The notes under the pieces: model-generated
What the model saw: only the letters and a program-made list of their open reading frames with translations
What the model was told of the DNA's origin: nothing
The model's database searches: none
Origin: Planctomycetota bacterium
GTDB taxonomy: Bacteria > Planctomycetota > UBA8108 > SXIK01
Direction of reading: 5' to 3'
Assembly: GCA_965223265.1 (NCBI GenBank)
Contig: OZ244999.1
Span: 7,680,001-7,744,000, forward strand
Length of the DNA: 64,000 bases
Part shown: positions 50,027 through 59,683 of the stretch, piece after piece
Numbering within the stretch: position 1 is the stretch's first letter
Layout: each line of letters opens with the position of its first letter
Made by a program: the position numbers and the translations under genes

Positions 50027-50380
50027 CGTCTCACGCGACCACTTCTCAGGTTTTGCAACCGCGTGATTCGCCCTGACGGGGTCCAGGCCTTGGCGAGTTC
50101 GCTCGGAGATTCTCCCTCGGAGACCCTCATCGAGACGCGATCTCGGGACATGCGCGTGTCTGGTATGGCAGCCACAGGAGGCTCTGGGGAGAAGGGGTTT
50201 GACGATCGCGGCCTCGAGGCGAAGATGCCGGAAGAACTTCGCCGCGTTTTCCGATCAAAGAGTGAAGCCTGAGCGAGTTGACCTTTCCGGAACCATCGTT
50301 CTTGACCCCACCACCCGCAGAATGACGGCAAGAACGTCCTCGGCTTTACTTGCAGACGTGTTGGAGCTCGATCCGTCAAA

Positions 50381-51598
50381 ATGAAACCAACATCGAACGA
50401 CAAAAGCCTGGCACAACGCGTGAAGAAGCAGCGCCGGAGCGGTACCGTGGGCGCGCTCCTTTTCTTCTCCGTCTTCTTCCTCATCGGTGCCGCCGGTACC
50501 TGGTTCCTCCTGGTCAACCCGTGGATCAAAAGCGGGAAGGCGCGGCAGTGGCACGAGGTGGAGTGTGAGATCGTCTCAAGCCAGCTGAAACGGCACACAG
50601 GCAAGTCCTCGACGTACAAAATCGACATTCACTTCCGCTACGACTACGAGGGGCGCTCTTATCGATCCGAAAGCTACAACTTCACCAGGTTCGCGTCGAG
50701 CTCGTACGAGTGGAAACGCGAAATCGTCGACACCCATCCGGCAGGCCGATGGACGACTGCGCTCGTCAATCCGTCGAATCCGGCCGAAGCCGTCATCGAC
50801 CCAAGCCTCACACCAGATGCCTGGTTCGGCCTGATCCCTTTGACGTTCTCTATCGTAGGACTGGCCGGGATCATCTGGAGCCTCGCGAAGCGCCGCGCGC
50901 TCCGGCGACGTGGCGATTCGATCGCCGCGAACCTAGAACTTCACGGGAAGCACCGTGAAAGCGTCTCTGACGTTCTCCCGGACTACCGCCGGAGCGAGGA
51001 GCCCATCGAGCTCAAGACCGAGTCCTCCCGTCGGGCGAATTTTATCGGCTGCCTCGTCGGCACCGTGCTCTGGAACGGGATCGTTGTTGCGGTCATGGTC
51101 GCACGCGGTGGAATGCCAACGTTTATGTTCGTTCTCTTCGGACTGGTGGGCGCCGTTCTGATCGTTTGCTGCGTCTACTTCTTCCTCGCACTGTTCAATC
51201 CGCAACCGATCGTCATCGTCAGCAGCGAAGCGATCCAACCGGGTCTTCCGCTTGGTGTCGGGTGGCAGCTCGACGGCCGTGTCGAGTCCATCACACATCT
51301 ACGCATCGACCTTGAGGGACGCGAACAGGCGACCTATCGACGCGGCACGAAGACTCGCACTGAATCGGAAGTCTTCGCGAAAGTTCCTGTGCTTGACACG
51401 ACGGATCACCAGGCGATGCGCAGCGGTCGTGAGAAGTTGACGATACCACGCGGCACCATGCACTCGTTCGAAGCAGAGAACAACAAGATCATCTGGACTC
51501 TCCGTGTACACGGTGACGTTCGATTCTGGCCGGACATCAAGGACGCGTTTCGCCTGGTCGTCATCCCATTCGCACTGAGCGAGGAAAGCGTCACGTGA
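50381..51598 (+). CDS. DUF3592-like membrane protein with C-terminal arrestin/Ig-like domain
   Basis: TM helix, W.EVECEIVSS, YDYEGRSY, VNPSNPAEAV, further TMs, then EQATYRRGT..HSFEA.NNKIIWTL. Confidence 0.75.
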   Translation: MKPTSNDKSLAQRVKKQRRSGTVGALLFFSVFFLIGAAGTWFLLVNPWIKSGKARQWHEVECEIVSSQLKRHTGKSSTYKIDIHFRYDYEGRSYRSESYNFTRFASSSYEWKREIVDTHPAGRWTTALVNPSNPAEAVIDPSLTPDAWFGLIPLTFSIVGLAGIIWSLAKRRALRRRGDSIAANLELHGKHRESVSDVLPDYRRSEEPIELKTESSRRANFIGCLVGTVLWNGIVVAVMVARGGMPTFMFVLFGLVGAVLIVCCVYFFLALFNPQPIVIVSSEAIQPGLPLGVGWQLDGRVESITHLRIDLEGREQATYRRGTKTRTESEVFAKVPVLDTTDHQAMRSGREKLTIPRGTMHSFEAENNKIIWTLRVHGDVRFWPDIKDAFRLVVIPFALSEESVT

Positions 51599-51972
51599 AC
51601 ACCATCTCTCTCAAGACCGAAGGCGACTCCCGTGGCTTCGCACCAGGCGAGGTCGTCCGTGGTGAGATTACTTGGGATCTAGAGTCAGAACCTGAGCACA
51701 TCGAATTGCACGCCATCTGGCACACGGAAGGAAAGGGGACAAGAGACGCCGGTCTCGTGGTGACGCGGCGCTTCGACACGGTGTCGCGACGTGACGAGGT
51801 CCACTTCGAGATCAAGATGCCGCAGGCGCCCTACTCCTATGAGGGGAACTTGATCTCCATCGTCTGGCTTCTCGAAGCCGTGGCGATGCCGTCGGGCAAG
51901 GCGACTCAGGTGCCCATCACGTTGGGGCCGGACAGGGCGGCAATCACCGCTGCAGGCGCAAACACACCATGA
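51595..51972 (+). CDS. Small arrestin-N/SpoOM-like Ig-fold hypothetical protein
   Basis: FAPGEVVRGEI, WHTEGKG, PYSYEGNLISIVW; GTGA overlap with the upstream gene. Confidence 0.7.
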   Translation: MNTISLKTEGDSRGFAPGEVVRGEITWDLESEPEHIELHAIWHTEGKGTRDAGLVVTRRFDTVSRRDEVHFEIKMPQAPYSYEGNLISIVWLLEAVAMPSGKATQVPITLGPDRAAITAAGANTP

Positions 51973-51976
51973 TCCT

Positions 51977-52582
51977 GTGATGCCGCGTCTCCCGGCCCAC
52001 GAGAATCCCTTTCGCGTCGCACGCTTAGAGGCGATCTCCTATCGCGCCGCCGGCCACTGTTGGGAACGTCTCCTTGATGTCCTCCGCGCCTCGGAGTGGC
52101 GCGGCGCCATCGTCGGGCCGCAGGGCAGCGGCAAGACGACGCTTTTCGACGAGCTGGCGCGGCGCATCGACGCCATGTCACCCGACATCAAGGTGCACCA
52201 CCTACCAGTCCTGCGTGAGGACGAGCCGCCATGGAGTTTCAATCGACTGAAGGAGCTCACAGCCGACATTTGCGCACACCATGTCGTCTTCTTCGACGGC
52301 GCCGATCACCTGCCACGCCCCACCTGGTGGCTGCTCCGTTGGCGCGTGAAGCACGCTCGGGGGTTCGTCGTCACAACTCACAGTCCAGGCCTCCTTCCGA
52401 CGTTGGTGAGGACAAGCACCAGCCCGGCGCTTCTTGACGACTTGGTCGCGGAACTGCTGGGAGAAATCCCCGCCTCCATTCAGGACCGGCTCGAAGAGTT
52501 GCACGGGCGACACAACGGTGACATCCGCGCAGCGCTCTTCGAGCTCTACGACATCTACGGCGGCCGCTCGACGCTGCGGTGA
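51977..52582 (+). CDS. Small P-loop NTPase
   Basis: ENPF, Walker A GPQGSGKTT, Walker B VFFDG, VVTTH, GDIRAALFELYD. Confidence 0.8.
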   Translation: MMPRLPAHENPFRVARLEAISYRAAGHCWERLLDVLRASEWRGAIVGPQGSGKTTLFDELARRIDAMSPDIKVHHLPVLREDEPPWSFNRLKELTADICAHHVVFFDGADHLPRPTWWLLRWRVKHARGFVVTTHSPGLLPTLVRTSTSPALLDDLVAELLGEIPASIQDRLEELHGRHNGDIRAALFELYDIYGGRSTLR

Positions 52583-52820
52583 GCCGGCCCTCCAGACAAA
52601 GCACCGATTGGACGCCCCGCGGTGGTTGTGATGATGCGGTCGACACGTGTAGTCTCCGCAGGGCGACGCAGCGCGCGGGGCGATCTTTTCGTCGTTTCAT
52701 CGCAACTCTTTCAGGTTACTCTGGAGCCTGACGAAGCGTCCGCCGCAAAACGGGTGGCGCTCGCTGCACGCTGCATCCATTCGTGAACATCAAGTCACCG
52801 AGAGTCTCTTGGAGATGGCT

Positions 52821-55800
52821 ATGTCCGCTTGCTCACGACGGCGCTTTCGATCTATCGCCTTCGCACTGCTCGTATCGATCACCTCAAGCCAGGCGATCGC
52901 CGCTGACGCGCCGGGTGACGTCGTGGGACGTTTCCTCGACGAAGTCAATCTCGACCGCGGCATCGTGTCGCTCGTCACGCTAGGGGACGGTCATTTGGCG
53001 ACGACTGTTGCCGAGCTCGGCGAATTCATGGTGCATGGCTGGGAACCGGATGCAGCGCGCGCTCAAGCGGCTCGCGAGCGCGCAGTCGCCGATCATCGCC
53101 ACGGGCGGACGATCACGATTGAGCGCGGCGACTTGGAACGTCTCCCGTACGCTGACAACACGGTCGACATCATCATCGCCGCCCATTTGACGAAAGCCCA
53201 ACTGCAGCGCCTCAGAGCTGAGGAGGTTCTTCGCTGCCTTCGACCTCGCGGGAGCGCTTTCGTCGGCAGTTTCGAGACCCGCGGGAGCAACTACGTCGAC
53301 GCCGCGGCGCTCAATGCCTGGCTGAAGCGCGGTGAGCAGGACGACACCGTAGCAAGGGTGACTCCCAGCGACGGCACGTGGGTCAAGTTGACGAAGGCGC
53401 CACTCGAAGGAGCGGACGATTGGAGCCACTGGGAGCACGGCCCGGACAACAACCCGGTCTCGAACGACGCGATCGCGAAGGCGCCGTACATGACACAGTG
53501 GCTCGGTCGACCCTACTACATCGCCATGCCTGCGGTGACGACCGCCGCCGGTGGCCGCATCTTCATCGCCATGGGCCACATCGCGCATCACGAACGCGAA
53601 GAGCCGTGGCTCAACACCCTCATGGCGCGCAACGGTTACAACGGCACGATCCTTTGGCGTCGCAAGCTTCCCGACGGATACCTCGTCCACCGCTCGGCGT
53701 TCATCGCCACCGCGCAAACCTTTTACATGATCGATATGGACGGAAGTGGTTGCCTGCTCCTCGATCCAGAGACGGGAGATGAGAAGGGGCGGATTCGAAT
53801 GCGTGCGGCACGCGGGCAGTGGAAATGGATGGCACTGAAGGACGGAATACTCTACGCGCTCATCGGGGCCCAGAAGGATCCACCACAAACGACCATCGTG
53901 CGCAGCTCGATGTCGCACTGGAGCTGGGCTGAGCTGAGCAAGGGGTATTACTCGCAGCAGGTGCCATGGGGATTCGGGAAGACGCTCGTTGCCTACGATG
54001 TGGCCGCTGAGTCGGTTGTCTGGAAACACGTTGAGACGGCACCGATCGATTCCCGTTCCATGACGATCGGATCGGACAGCGTCTACCTCTACGCCCCCGG
54101 TTCACGCGCCGTCGCGCTCGACGTCAAGAGCGGTGCACCGCGGTGGGAGAATCGCGACGCTTCCGTCACGACACTCATCGAGGAGTCGGGTCGCGGGCTG
54201 TCGTCGACACCGGGGTTCCGCACCATGAACTTTTGCCTCTACACTCCAGAGGCGCTCGTCTTCCAAGCCCAGACGCGCATGAACGTCGTCGCCCTGTCGC
54301 CAGCAACCGGCAAGCTCCTTTGGCATCGTCCGAAGACGAGCAGCAACCCAAACGCTCTCTACGTCGGCGAGCAACTTGTCGTCGGCATCGGGGAGAACGG
54401 CGAGAATCTTATGGTGGACGCCAAGACTGGGAAGACGCTCGCCAGCCTGAAATTCTCAAAGCGCGCCTGCGCACGGCTCACCGCGACGGCGGATTCACTT
54501 TTCTGTCGCGGCTGGCCGGATGGATTGACGCGATTTGACCGCTACACCAAGGAAGTGCAGGCGAACGGTGCGGTGCGCCCGTCGTGCAACGACGGCGTCA
54601 TCGCGGCAAACGGTCTCCTCTACATGGGACCTTGGTTGTGTGATTGCAACCTGACTCTGATGGGTCGTGTCGTCATGTGCGCCGCTGGCGACTTCGACTT
54701 TGATGGCGCGCACCGACGCACGCCAGCTCTCGAGGTTGCCGCGACGGAGCTCAATGCAGCGCCCCTCGAAGTGACTCCAGCCGACTGGTCATCGCACCGT
54801 GCAAACGCAGCGCGCAGCGGCAGCTCGCCGGTCACTCTCGACGAAACGCTCTCTTGGGTTTGGGATCGCGCCCCGGCAGCCGCTGACTCCTTCGTGCCCA
54901 CGACGATGACAAGCACCGGCAATCTGCTTCTGATCGGCGGCGACGACGGAAGCGTGCGGGCGTTCGAGACCGTGATGGGAAACGAAGCATGGCGATTCCA
55001 CACCGCTGGACGCATCATGCAGCCCCCAACGGTGTGGGAGGGCAGAGCCTTCGTCGGCTCTGGCGACGGCTACGTCTACGCCCTGGAGGTGCGCACCGGC
55101 AAACTCCTGTGGCGTTTTCGCGCTGCACCGGCCGAGAGGCGCATCCCGGTGTACGGCCACCTCTCTTCGACCTGGCCGGTGCACGGCGGAGTGCTGGTCG
55201 CCGATGGCGTCGCGTACTTCGCGGCGGGCATTATCGACTACGACTCGACACATGTTTACGCCGTCGACGCGCGCAGCGGCAAGCTGCTTTGGCATAACGG
55301 ATCGACGGGACACCTCGATCCGAAACTGCGCAAGGGAGTCTCCGCGCAGGGCAATCTGACCCTGGCGGGAGGACGCCTATGGCTCGCAGCTGGTAACGTC
55401 TGCTCGCCCGCAGCCTTCGACCTTGCGAGTGGTCGCTACGTCGGCAAATCAGCCGGCGATGGCGCGCCGCAAACGAATCGGGGCGAAGAGATCGCGGTTT
55501 TCAAGAACCGCCACGTCATCTTGGGAGGTCGCCTGCGGTTTTCAGCCACGAAGAACGTGGTGAACCCCGGCTTCTTCGAGACCCATGCCCTCACGGACAC
55601 CGGCAGCAAGAATCCCGTCCACCTCGCCAGCGGCAAGATCCCTCCTGTCTGGAATGATGACTACTTTGTCGCCGTCGATGGTCGACTCGAGCCCGCGGTT
55701 TGCTACAGGACGAGCGAGGTCGAGCGAGCCTTCGACGCGGGAGAGCGTCTGCGCACCTTGACGCCGGTGTGGAGTGCCGAGGCCCTCAAAGAAAAGAACA

Positions 55801-56726
55801 TTGTCTCGCTCGCCCTCACGGTGAAAGACCTCCTCGTGGTCTTCGAGGAGAAACAAGCTCGTAGCCTCGCGACGAAGTGGCACATTGCCGCATTCGCACT
55901 TGAAGACGGCACCGAGAAGTGGCGCCAAGGGCTCGACAAACCCGCCGCCACAGGCGCTCTTCTCGTCGATCGCTCCGGGCGTGTCGTCGTCGCATTCCAG
56001 GATGGCGGACTTGTCTGCTTTGGGCCACGGGCGGCGTTCGATGCGATCGTCGACGATATCTCGAAGCGCGCCAAAAGCGACACGGACCTTGCGTGGCGCA
56101 AGAGCGCGATCGGCCAACTCGAGAAGCTTCTCGACACCGCTGCTGATGGCGACCTGACGGTCGAAGTACTGAAGCGTCTGAAAGAATTCGGCGTCGATCC
56201 CACAGCCGCGGGCAGACGTCACGGCGCAGTCACGATCTGGCGTACCACCGGACCAGTACCATGGACCGAGGACGCCCCTGCTGATCACGTGTTCGTCGGT
56301 GAGCCGTATGTGGATGTCCATCGCGCCACTGAGTTCGGTGGCAGACAATTGAACTGGAATTTGCGCGTGTCGACTGATCGCTACGGTATGGTCGATCTCG
56401 CGCCGCGCTATGGCCGTCTGGGTCAGGCCGCCGTCTACGCGCACGCCGAGATCGTTTTGCCGAAAGCTCAAAGGATGGTCATGCGTCTTGGTTCGAACGA
56501 TGGCTTCAAGGTTTGGTTCAACGGCCAGGAGATTGGAAAACTCGAGAGCGGTCGTGGCTACATCCCCGATAGTGACGCTTTCGAAGTTGAGGGCCGCGCC
56601 GGTGCTAACGAGGTGTTGATCAAGGTCCTCAACTTGGGCAACCTCTGGTCGTACGGTGTTCGTTTCACCGACGCCGAAAAGAATCCAATCGCGTTCGAAC
56701 AGACTCTCTCTCTGGAATCGCCCTAA
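52821..56726 (+). CDS. Secreted PQQ-type multi-beta-propeller protein with N-terminal methyltransferase-like and C-terminal PA14-like domains
   Basis: LPYADNTVD..EVLRCLRPRG; DDWSHWEHGPDNN; SSTWPVHGG; SAQG; LGSNDGFKVWFNG..GANEVLIKV; GGAG RBS. Confidence 0.8.
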   Translation: MSACSRRRFRSIAFALLVSITSSQAIAADAPGDVVGRFLDEVNLDRGIVSLVTLGDGHLATTVAELGEFMVHGWEPDAARAQAARERAVADHRHGRTITIERGDLERLPYADNTVDIIIAAHLTKAQLQRLRAEEVLRCLRPRGSAFVGSFETRGSNYVDAAALNAWLKRGEQDDTVARVTPSDGTWVKLTKAPLEGADDWSHWEHGPDNNPVSNDAIAKAPYMTQWLGRPYYIAMPAVTTAAGGRIFIAMGHIAHHEREEPWLNTLMARNGYNGTILWRRKLPDGYLVHRSAFIATAQTFYMIDMDGSGCLLLDPETGDEKGRIRMRAARGQWKWMALKDGILYALIGAQKDPPQTTIVRSSMSHWSWAELSKGYYSQQVPWGFGKTLVAYDVAAESVVWKHVETAPIDSRSMTIGSDSVYLYAPGSRAVALDVKSGAPRWENRDASVTTLIEESGRGLSSTPGFRTMNFCLYTPEALVFQAQTRMNVVALSPATGKLLWHRPKTSSNPNALYVGEQLVVGIGENGENLMVDAKTGKTLASLKFSKRACARLTATADSLFCRGWPDGLTRFDRYTKEVQANGAVRPSCNDGVIAANGLLYMGPWLCDCNLTLMGRVVMCAAGDFDFDGAHRRTPALEVAATELNAAPLEVTPADWSSHRANAARSGSSPVTLDETLSWVWDRAPAAADSFVPTTMTSTGNLLLIGGDDGSVRAFETVMGNEAWRFHTAGRIMQPPTVWEGRAFVGSGDGYVYALEVRTGKLLWRFRAAPAERRIPVYGHLSSTWPVHGGVLVADGVAYFAAGIIDYDSTHVYAVDARSGKLLWHNGSTGHLDPKLRKGVSAQGNLTLAGGRLWLAAGNVCSPAAFDLASGRYVGKSAGDGAPQTNRGEEIAVFKNRHVILGGRLRFSATKNVVNPGFFETHALTDTGSKNPVHLASGKIPPVWNDDYFVAVDGRLEPAVCYRTSEVERAFDAGERLRTLTPVWSAEALKEKNIVSLALTVKDLLVVFEEKQARSLATKWHIAAFALEDGTEKWRQGLDKPAATGALLVDRSGRVVVAFQDGGLVCFGPRAAFDAIVDDISKRAKSDTDLAWRKSAIGQLEKLLDTAADGDLTVEVLKRLKEFGVDPTAAGRRHGAVTIWRTTGPVPWTEDAPADHVFVGEPYVDVHRATEFGGRQLNWNLRVSTDRYGMVDLAPRYGRLGQAAVYAHAEIVLPKAQRMVMRLGSNDGFKVWFNGQEIGKLESGRGYIPDSDAFEVEGRAGANEVLIKVLNLGNLWSYGVRFTDAEKNPIAFEQTLSLESP

Positions 56727-56738
56727 GGAGAATTCGTC

Positions 56739-57911
56739 GTGCTGGAGAACTGCGTCACAAAGCAGCCGTTTACGAACGCTCAGGGCACGGCGTGGTCTAG
56801 TGCGTGTCGTACGATCGCCGGCTGGCTCCCTCTCCTGTTCGCCACACTTGGCACCCCCCCCATGTCGATCCAGGCGTGCGACGACATGACCGTGCGCGAC
56901 GCGGCCTTTCAGGAAGCCCGTGACCTGCATCGACTCTGCGTCATCGCAAGCCCGGAGAGCCCGGAACTCGGACGTATCCATCAGCGCCTTGGCGCTTGGT
57001 TGACCAGTGCTGGAAAAGACCTGAACCTCGAGCTGACGACCATCGACGTCGATAGTCCGGAGGTTAAGTGGGAGAGCTTCGGCGTGCCTGGGCGGCCTCC
57101 CAGCTCGCCTGTCGTGATGCTCTCCGGTTTTCAGCGTGCTCACGGACGCGGTTTCTTCATCGACCACTGGGATCCGGAGCCGACCGAGGCGGACCTCGAA
57201 ACACTCGCCTCGTCCCCGACCAGAAAGCGTTTGCGAGAACTCCTGCCGACCAAAATCGCAGTGCTCGTCTACGCACCAGCGGCGATGTCGACCACGGGCG
57301 CGGAGGTCGCGGCGGAACGGCAGCGCATTGACGACGTGCTCGCCGGCAGCGTCAAGCGCTGGTCGGAACACGCGCTCGGCCTCGCTGTCCTGCGCCTTGA
57401 CCGCAGCGACCCGCGCGAGCGAACGCTCGCTTCCTTTTGTGGTCTCGCTCCGGACGGACCCGCCTGGGTCGGCGTCGTCTTCGGCCGCGGCAAGTTCGCA
57501 GAGCCACCACTGGCGGCGACGGAGATCACACGCGCCGCCATCGACGAGCTGATCGAAACCATTCTCGCCAAGTGCACGTGTCTGTCGCAAGCGGCAAAGC
57601 TCGGCGTCGACCTGCCGATGGTTTGGCGTGAAGCCGACGACAAGCGCGTGCTGCCAACGATCAAAGCTGGCGCTGTCGCAGAAGGATCGACGGATGCCAC
57701 GGACGCCTCCGCTACCCCGGATCTCATCGCGGCGATGTTTCCCAAGGGCGCGCCCGCGGCACCGACCGCATCGCTGGTCGATGTAACGGAGCCCGCACCG
57801 CGCCAACGCGGTGGTTTTTTCGCTGCTGCACTTTGGCTGCTCGGCGCTGGCGCGCTCGCGCTCTTCGTCGGAACCATCGTGATCGTGCGACGGCGCACAG
57901 TAGCGTCGTAG
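56739..57911 (+). CDS. Hypothetical exported protein with C-terminal membrane anchor
   Basis: AAGGAG RBS, signal-like N-terminus, CTC motif, C-terminal hydrophobic helix followed by RRR. Confidence 0.65.
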   Translation: MLENCVTKQPFTNAQGTAWSSACRTIAGWLPLLFATLGTPPMSIQACDDMTVRDAAFQEARDLHRLCVIASPESPELGRIHQRLGAWLTSAGKDLNLELTTIDVDSPEVKWESFGVPGRPPSSPVVMLSGFQRAHGRGFFIDHWDPEPTEADLETLASSPTRKRLRELLPTKIAVLVYAPAAMSTTGAEVAAERQRIDDVLAGSVKRWSEHALGLAVLRLDRSDPRERTLASFCGLAPDGPAWVGVVFGRGKFAEPPLAATEITRAAIDELIETILAKCTCLSQAAKLGVDLPMVWREADDKRVLPTIKAGAVAEGSTDATDASATPDLIAAMFPKGAPAAPTASLVDVTEPAPRQRGGFFAAALWLLGAGALALFVGTIVIVRRRTVAS

Positions 57912-57979
57912 CATCGCTCGGACCCTCAAGCGCTCGAGACGCAGGCGGGCGAGGCACCGTTTGCGCATCGGACGTTTCC

Positions 57980-58096
57980 GTGGGAGTGGGAGTCGAGTGG
58001 GAGTCGAGTGGGAGTCGGAGTGGGCGAGTGCGTTTGCGAGTGCGTGGGCGTGGGCGTGCGAGTCGGAGTGGGGGTGGGAGCGGGAGTCGGAGTAGG
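57980..58096. repeat. G-rich hexamer-periodic array (GAGTGG/GAGTCG/GCGTGG)
   Basis: gtgggagtgggagtcgagtgggagtcg...ggagtgggggtgggagcgggagtcgg. Confidence 0.8.
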
Positions 58097-58254
58097 ACCC
58101 TACAGTTGCACAAGTTCTCCGCGGAGGGAGCCAGAAATCAGAAACCCTTGTCCTCAGGTTCGATCGACGGCTGTAGGGCGTCGCGGCGGGTTTCATGCTT
58201 GGTGAGGATTGCCGGTGTGCGATGGACCGAACCGGCGCCGACCCGTGTCTCGCA

Positions 58255-58467
58255 CACGCAAACTCTCACTCTCACGCACACTCTCACGCACACTCTCACG
58301 CACACTCTCACGCACACTCTCACGCACACGCACACTCTCACGCACACGCACACGCACACGCACACTCTCACGCACACTCTCACGCACACTCTCACGCACA
58401 CTCTCACGCACACGCACACGCACACCCACACCCACACGGTCACGCAATCGCAATCGCAATCACGCAC
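58255..58467. repeat. Tandem hexamer array of CACGCA and CACTCT units
   Basis: About 35 in-phase hexamers that decay to CACCCA and ATCGCA at the right end. Confidence 0.95.
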
Positions 58468-58579
58468 GGCCTTGAAACGCTTCTTTTGCAGCTTGGAGTG
58501 GGAGTGGGTGGCGGTGATCACCGTACGGCGGCGGTCATTGTCGAGCGTACGCGGTGCTCGGAACCGTCAAGGGTGCCCT

Positions 58580-58656
58580 GGAACGGCACACGGAGTGTGC
58601 CGGCTACTATAAAGACGTCGCCTACTCGATCTTAGGCACGCTCCGTGTGCCGTTCC
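58580..58656. repeat. Inverted pair of REP-like elements
   Basis: GGAACGGCACACGGAGTGTGCC ... GGCACGCTCCGTGTGCCGTTCC, 22-bp inverted repeat with one mismatch. Confidence 0.85.
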
Positions 58657-58809
58657 GAAGGTGAACGCCAAGCGTGGACCGGGAGTTGCGCTGGCGCGCT
58701 CCAAAAAACTTCACAGCTCGGCTGTGCTTGCTACTTAGGAGAATGCCTCTGGTGCCCCCCGCCTCAAACCCGCCGCGCGAAAAAGCACGACGGGCCCAAA
58801 ACCCCAAGC

Positions 58810-59133
58810 TCAGCGCGTCAGCTTCCAAAGCATCGCCTGCAGCTCGTCGACGTCCGCAAGCACCGAAGCTGTCTCCTGCGCATCGACGTAACCCCAAGCT
58901 TCAGCAACACGAAGCGCCGTACGCACCTCTTCGGCACTGCCTGAAGCAACACGCCAAAGATGCCCGCGGTCACGACCAGAGCGCCGATTGCCCTCGCCCA
59001 GATTCAGCGCCACGGAGGACCCCGCGTCGCGCAGCTGAGCGGCAAGCCTCGAGTCATGACGACGCACAGAAGCTACAAGCGGACGCAACTGACGAACGAT
59101 GCCAACAGAGTGATCCAAAGCGAGAAAGCCCAT
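58810..59133 (-). CDS. Four-helix-bundle protein (23S rRNA IVP / bAvd-like family)
   Basis: LAAQLRDAGSSVALNLGEG.RR..RDR...WRVASGSAEEV...L.VAEAWGY; GGAG RBS before ATG 59133. Confidence 0.9.
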   Translation of the reverse strand: MGFLALDHSVGIVRQLRPLVASVRRHDSRLAAQLRDAGSSVALNLGEGNRRSGRDRGHLWRVASGSAEEVRTALRVAEAWGYVDAQETASVLADVDELQAMLWKLTR

Positions 59134-59344
59134 GAGAAGACTCCGGTCAACCGGTTGAGTGAAACTCTCGCCGCACGCCCGACGCGGCGGCGTTTCACTC
59201 CCCGAGCCGGAGGGCGGACGGGGTGCGGTCACTCTCAGAAGGCGCGAAGCGCCGAGCGTCAGCGAGGGCACCCGTGACGCCGTCCGCACTCCGGCTACGC
59301 TCGACAATACCGCCGCCGCAAACGCCCCTTGGCGGCACACCTCT

Positions 59345-59606
59345 TCTCTGCTTCTGTCTCTGCTTCTGTCTCTGCTTCTGTCTCTGCTTCTGTCTCTGCT
59401 TCTGTCTCTGCTTCTGTCTCTGCTTCTGTCTCTGCTTCTGTCTCTGCTTCTGTCTCTGCTTCTGTCTCTGCTTCTGTCTCTGCTTCTGTCTCTGCTTCTG
59501 TCTCTGCTTCTGTCTCTGATTCTGTCTCTGATTCTGTCTCTGCTTCTGTCTCTGCTTCTGTCTCTGCTTCTGTCTCTGCTTCTGTCTCTGATTCTGTCTC
59601 TGATTC
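59345..59606. repeat. 12-bp tandem repeat (TCTCTGCTTCTG), about 22 copies
   Basis: 21 full units plus a partial one; the TCTCTGATTCTG variant occurs at units 15, 16, 21 and 22. Confidence 0.97.
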
Positions 59607-59683
59607 CGACCAATCGCCGTTTTCGCTTCGCCTACCGTGTGCGTGCTAGCTTTCCGCCTCTATCTCAACACGCTGTTCAGCGA

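Noticed and set aside
50255-50296. MVPERSTRSGFTL-stop on the minus strand, resembling a prepilin GFTLIE start
   Set aside because: No hydrophobic helix follows; chance or an unrecognisable remnant
55542-58196. 884-aa minus-strand ORF and similar long antisense ORFs (27954-29393, 36246-37685)
   Set aside because: Shadow ORFs of well-supported genes in GC-rich DNA, with no recognisable motifs
58138-58635. ORFs with VCVR, HAHS, THTL and SRTL repeats
   Set aside because: Translations of the hexamer array; open in several frames only because the repeat lacks stop codons
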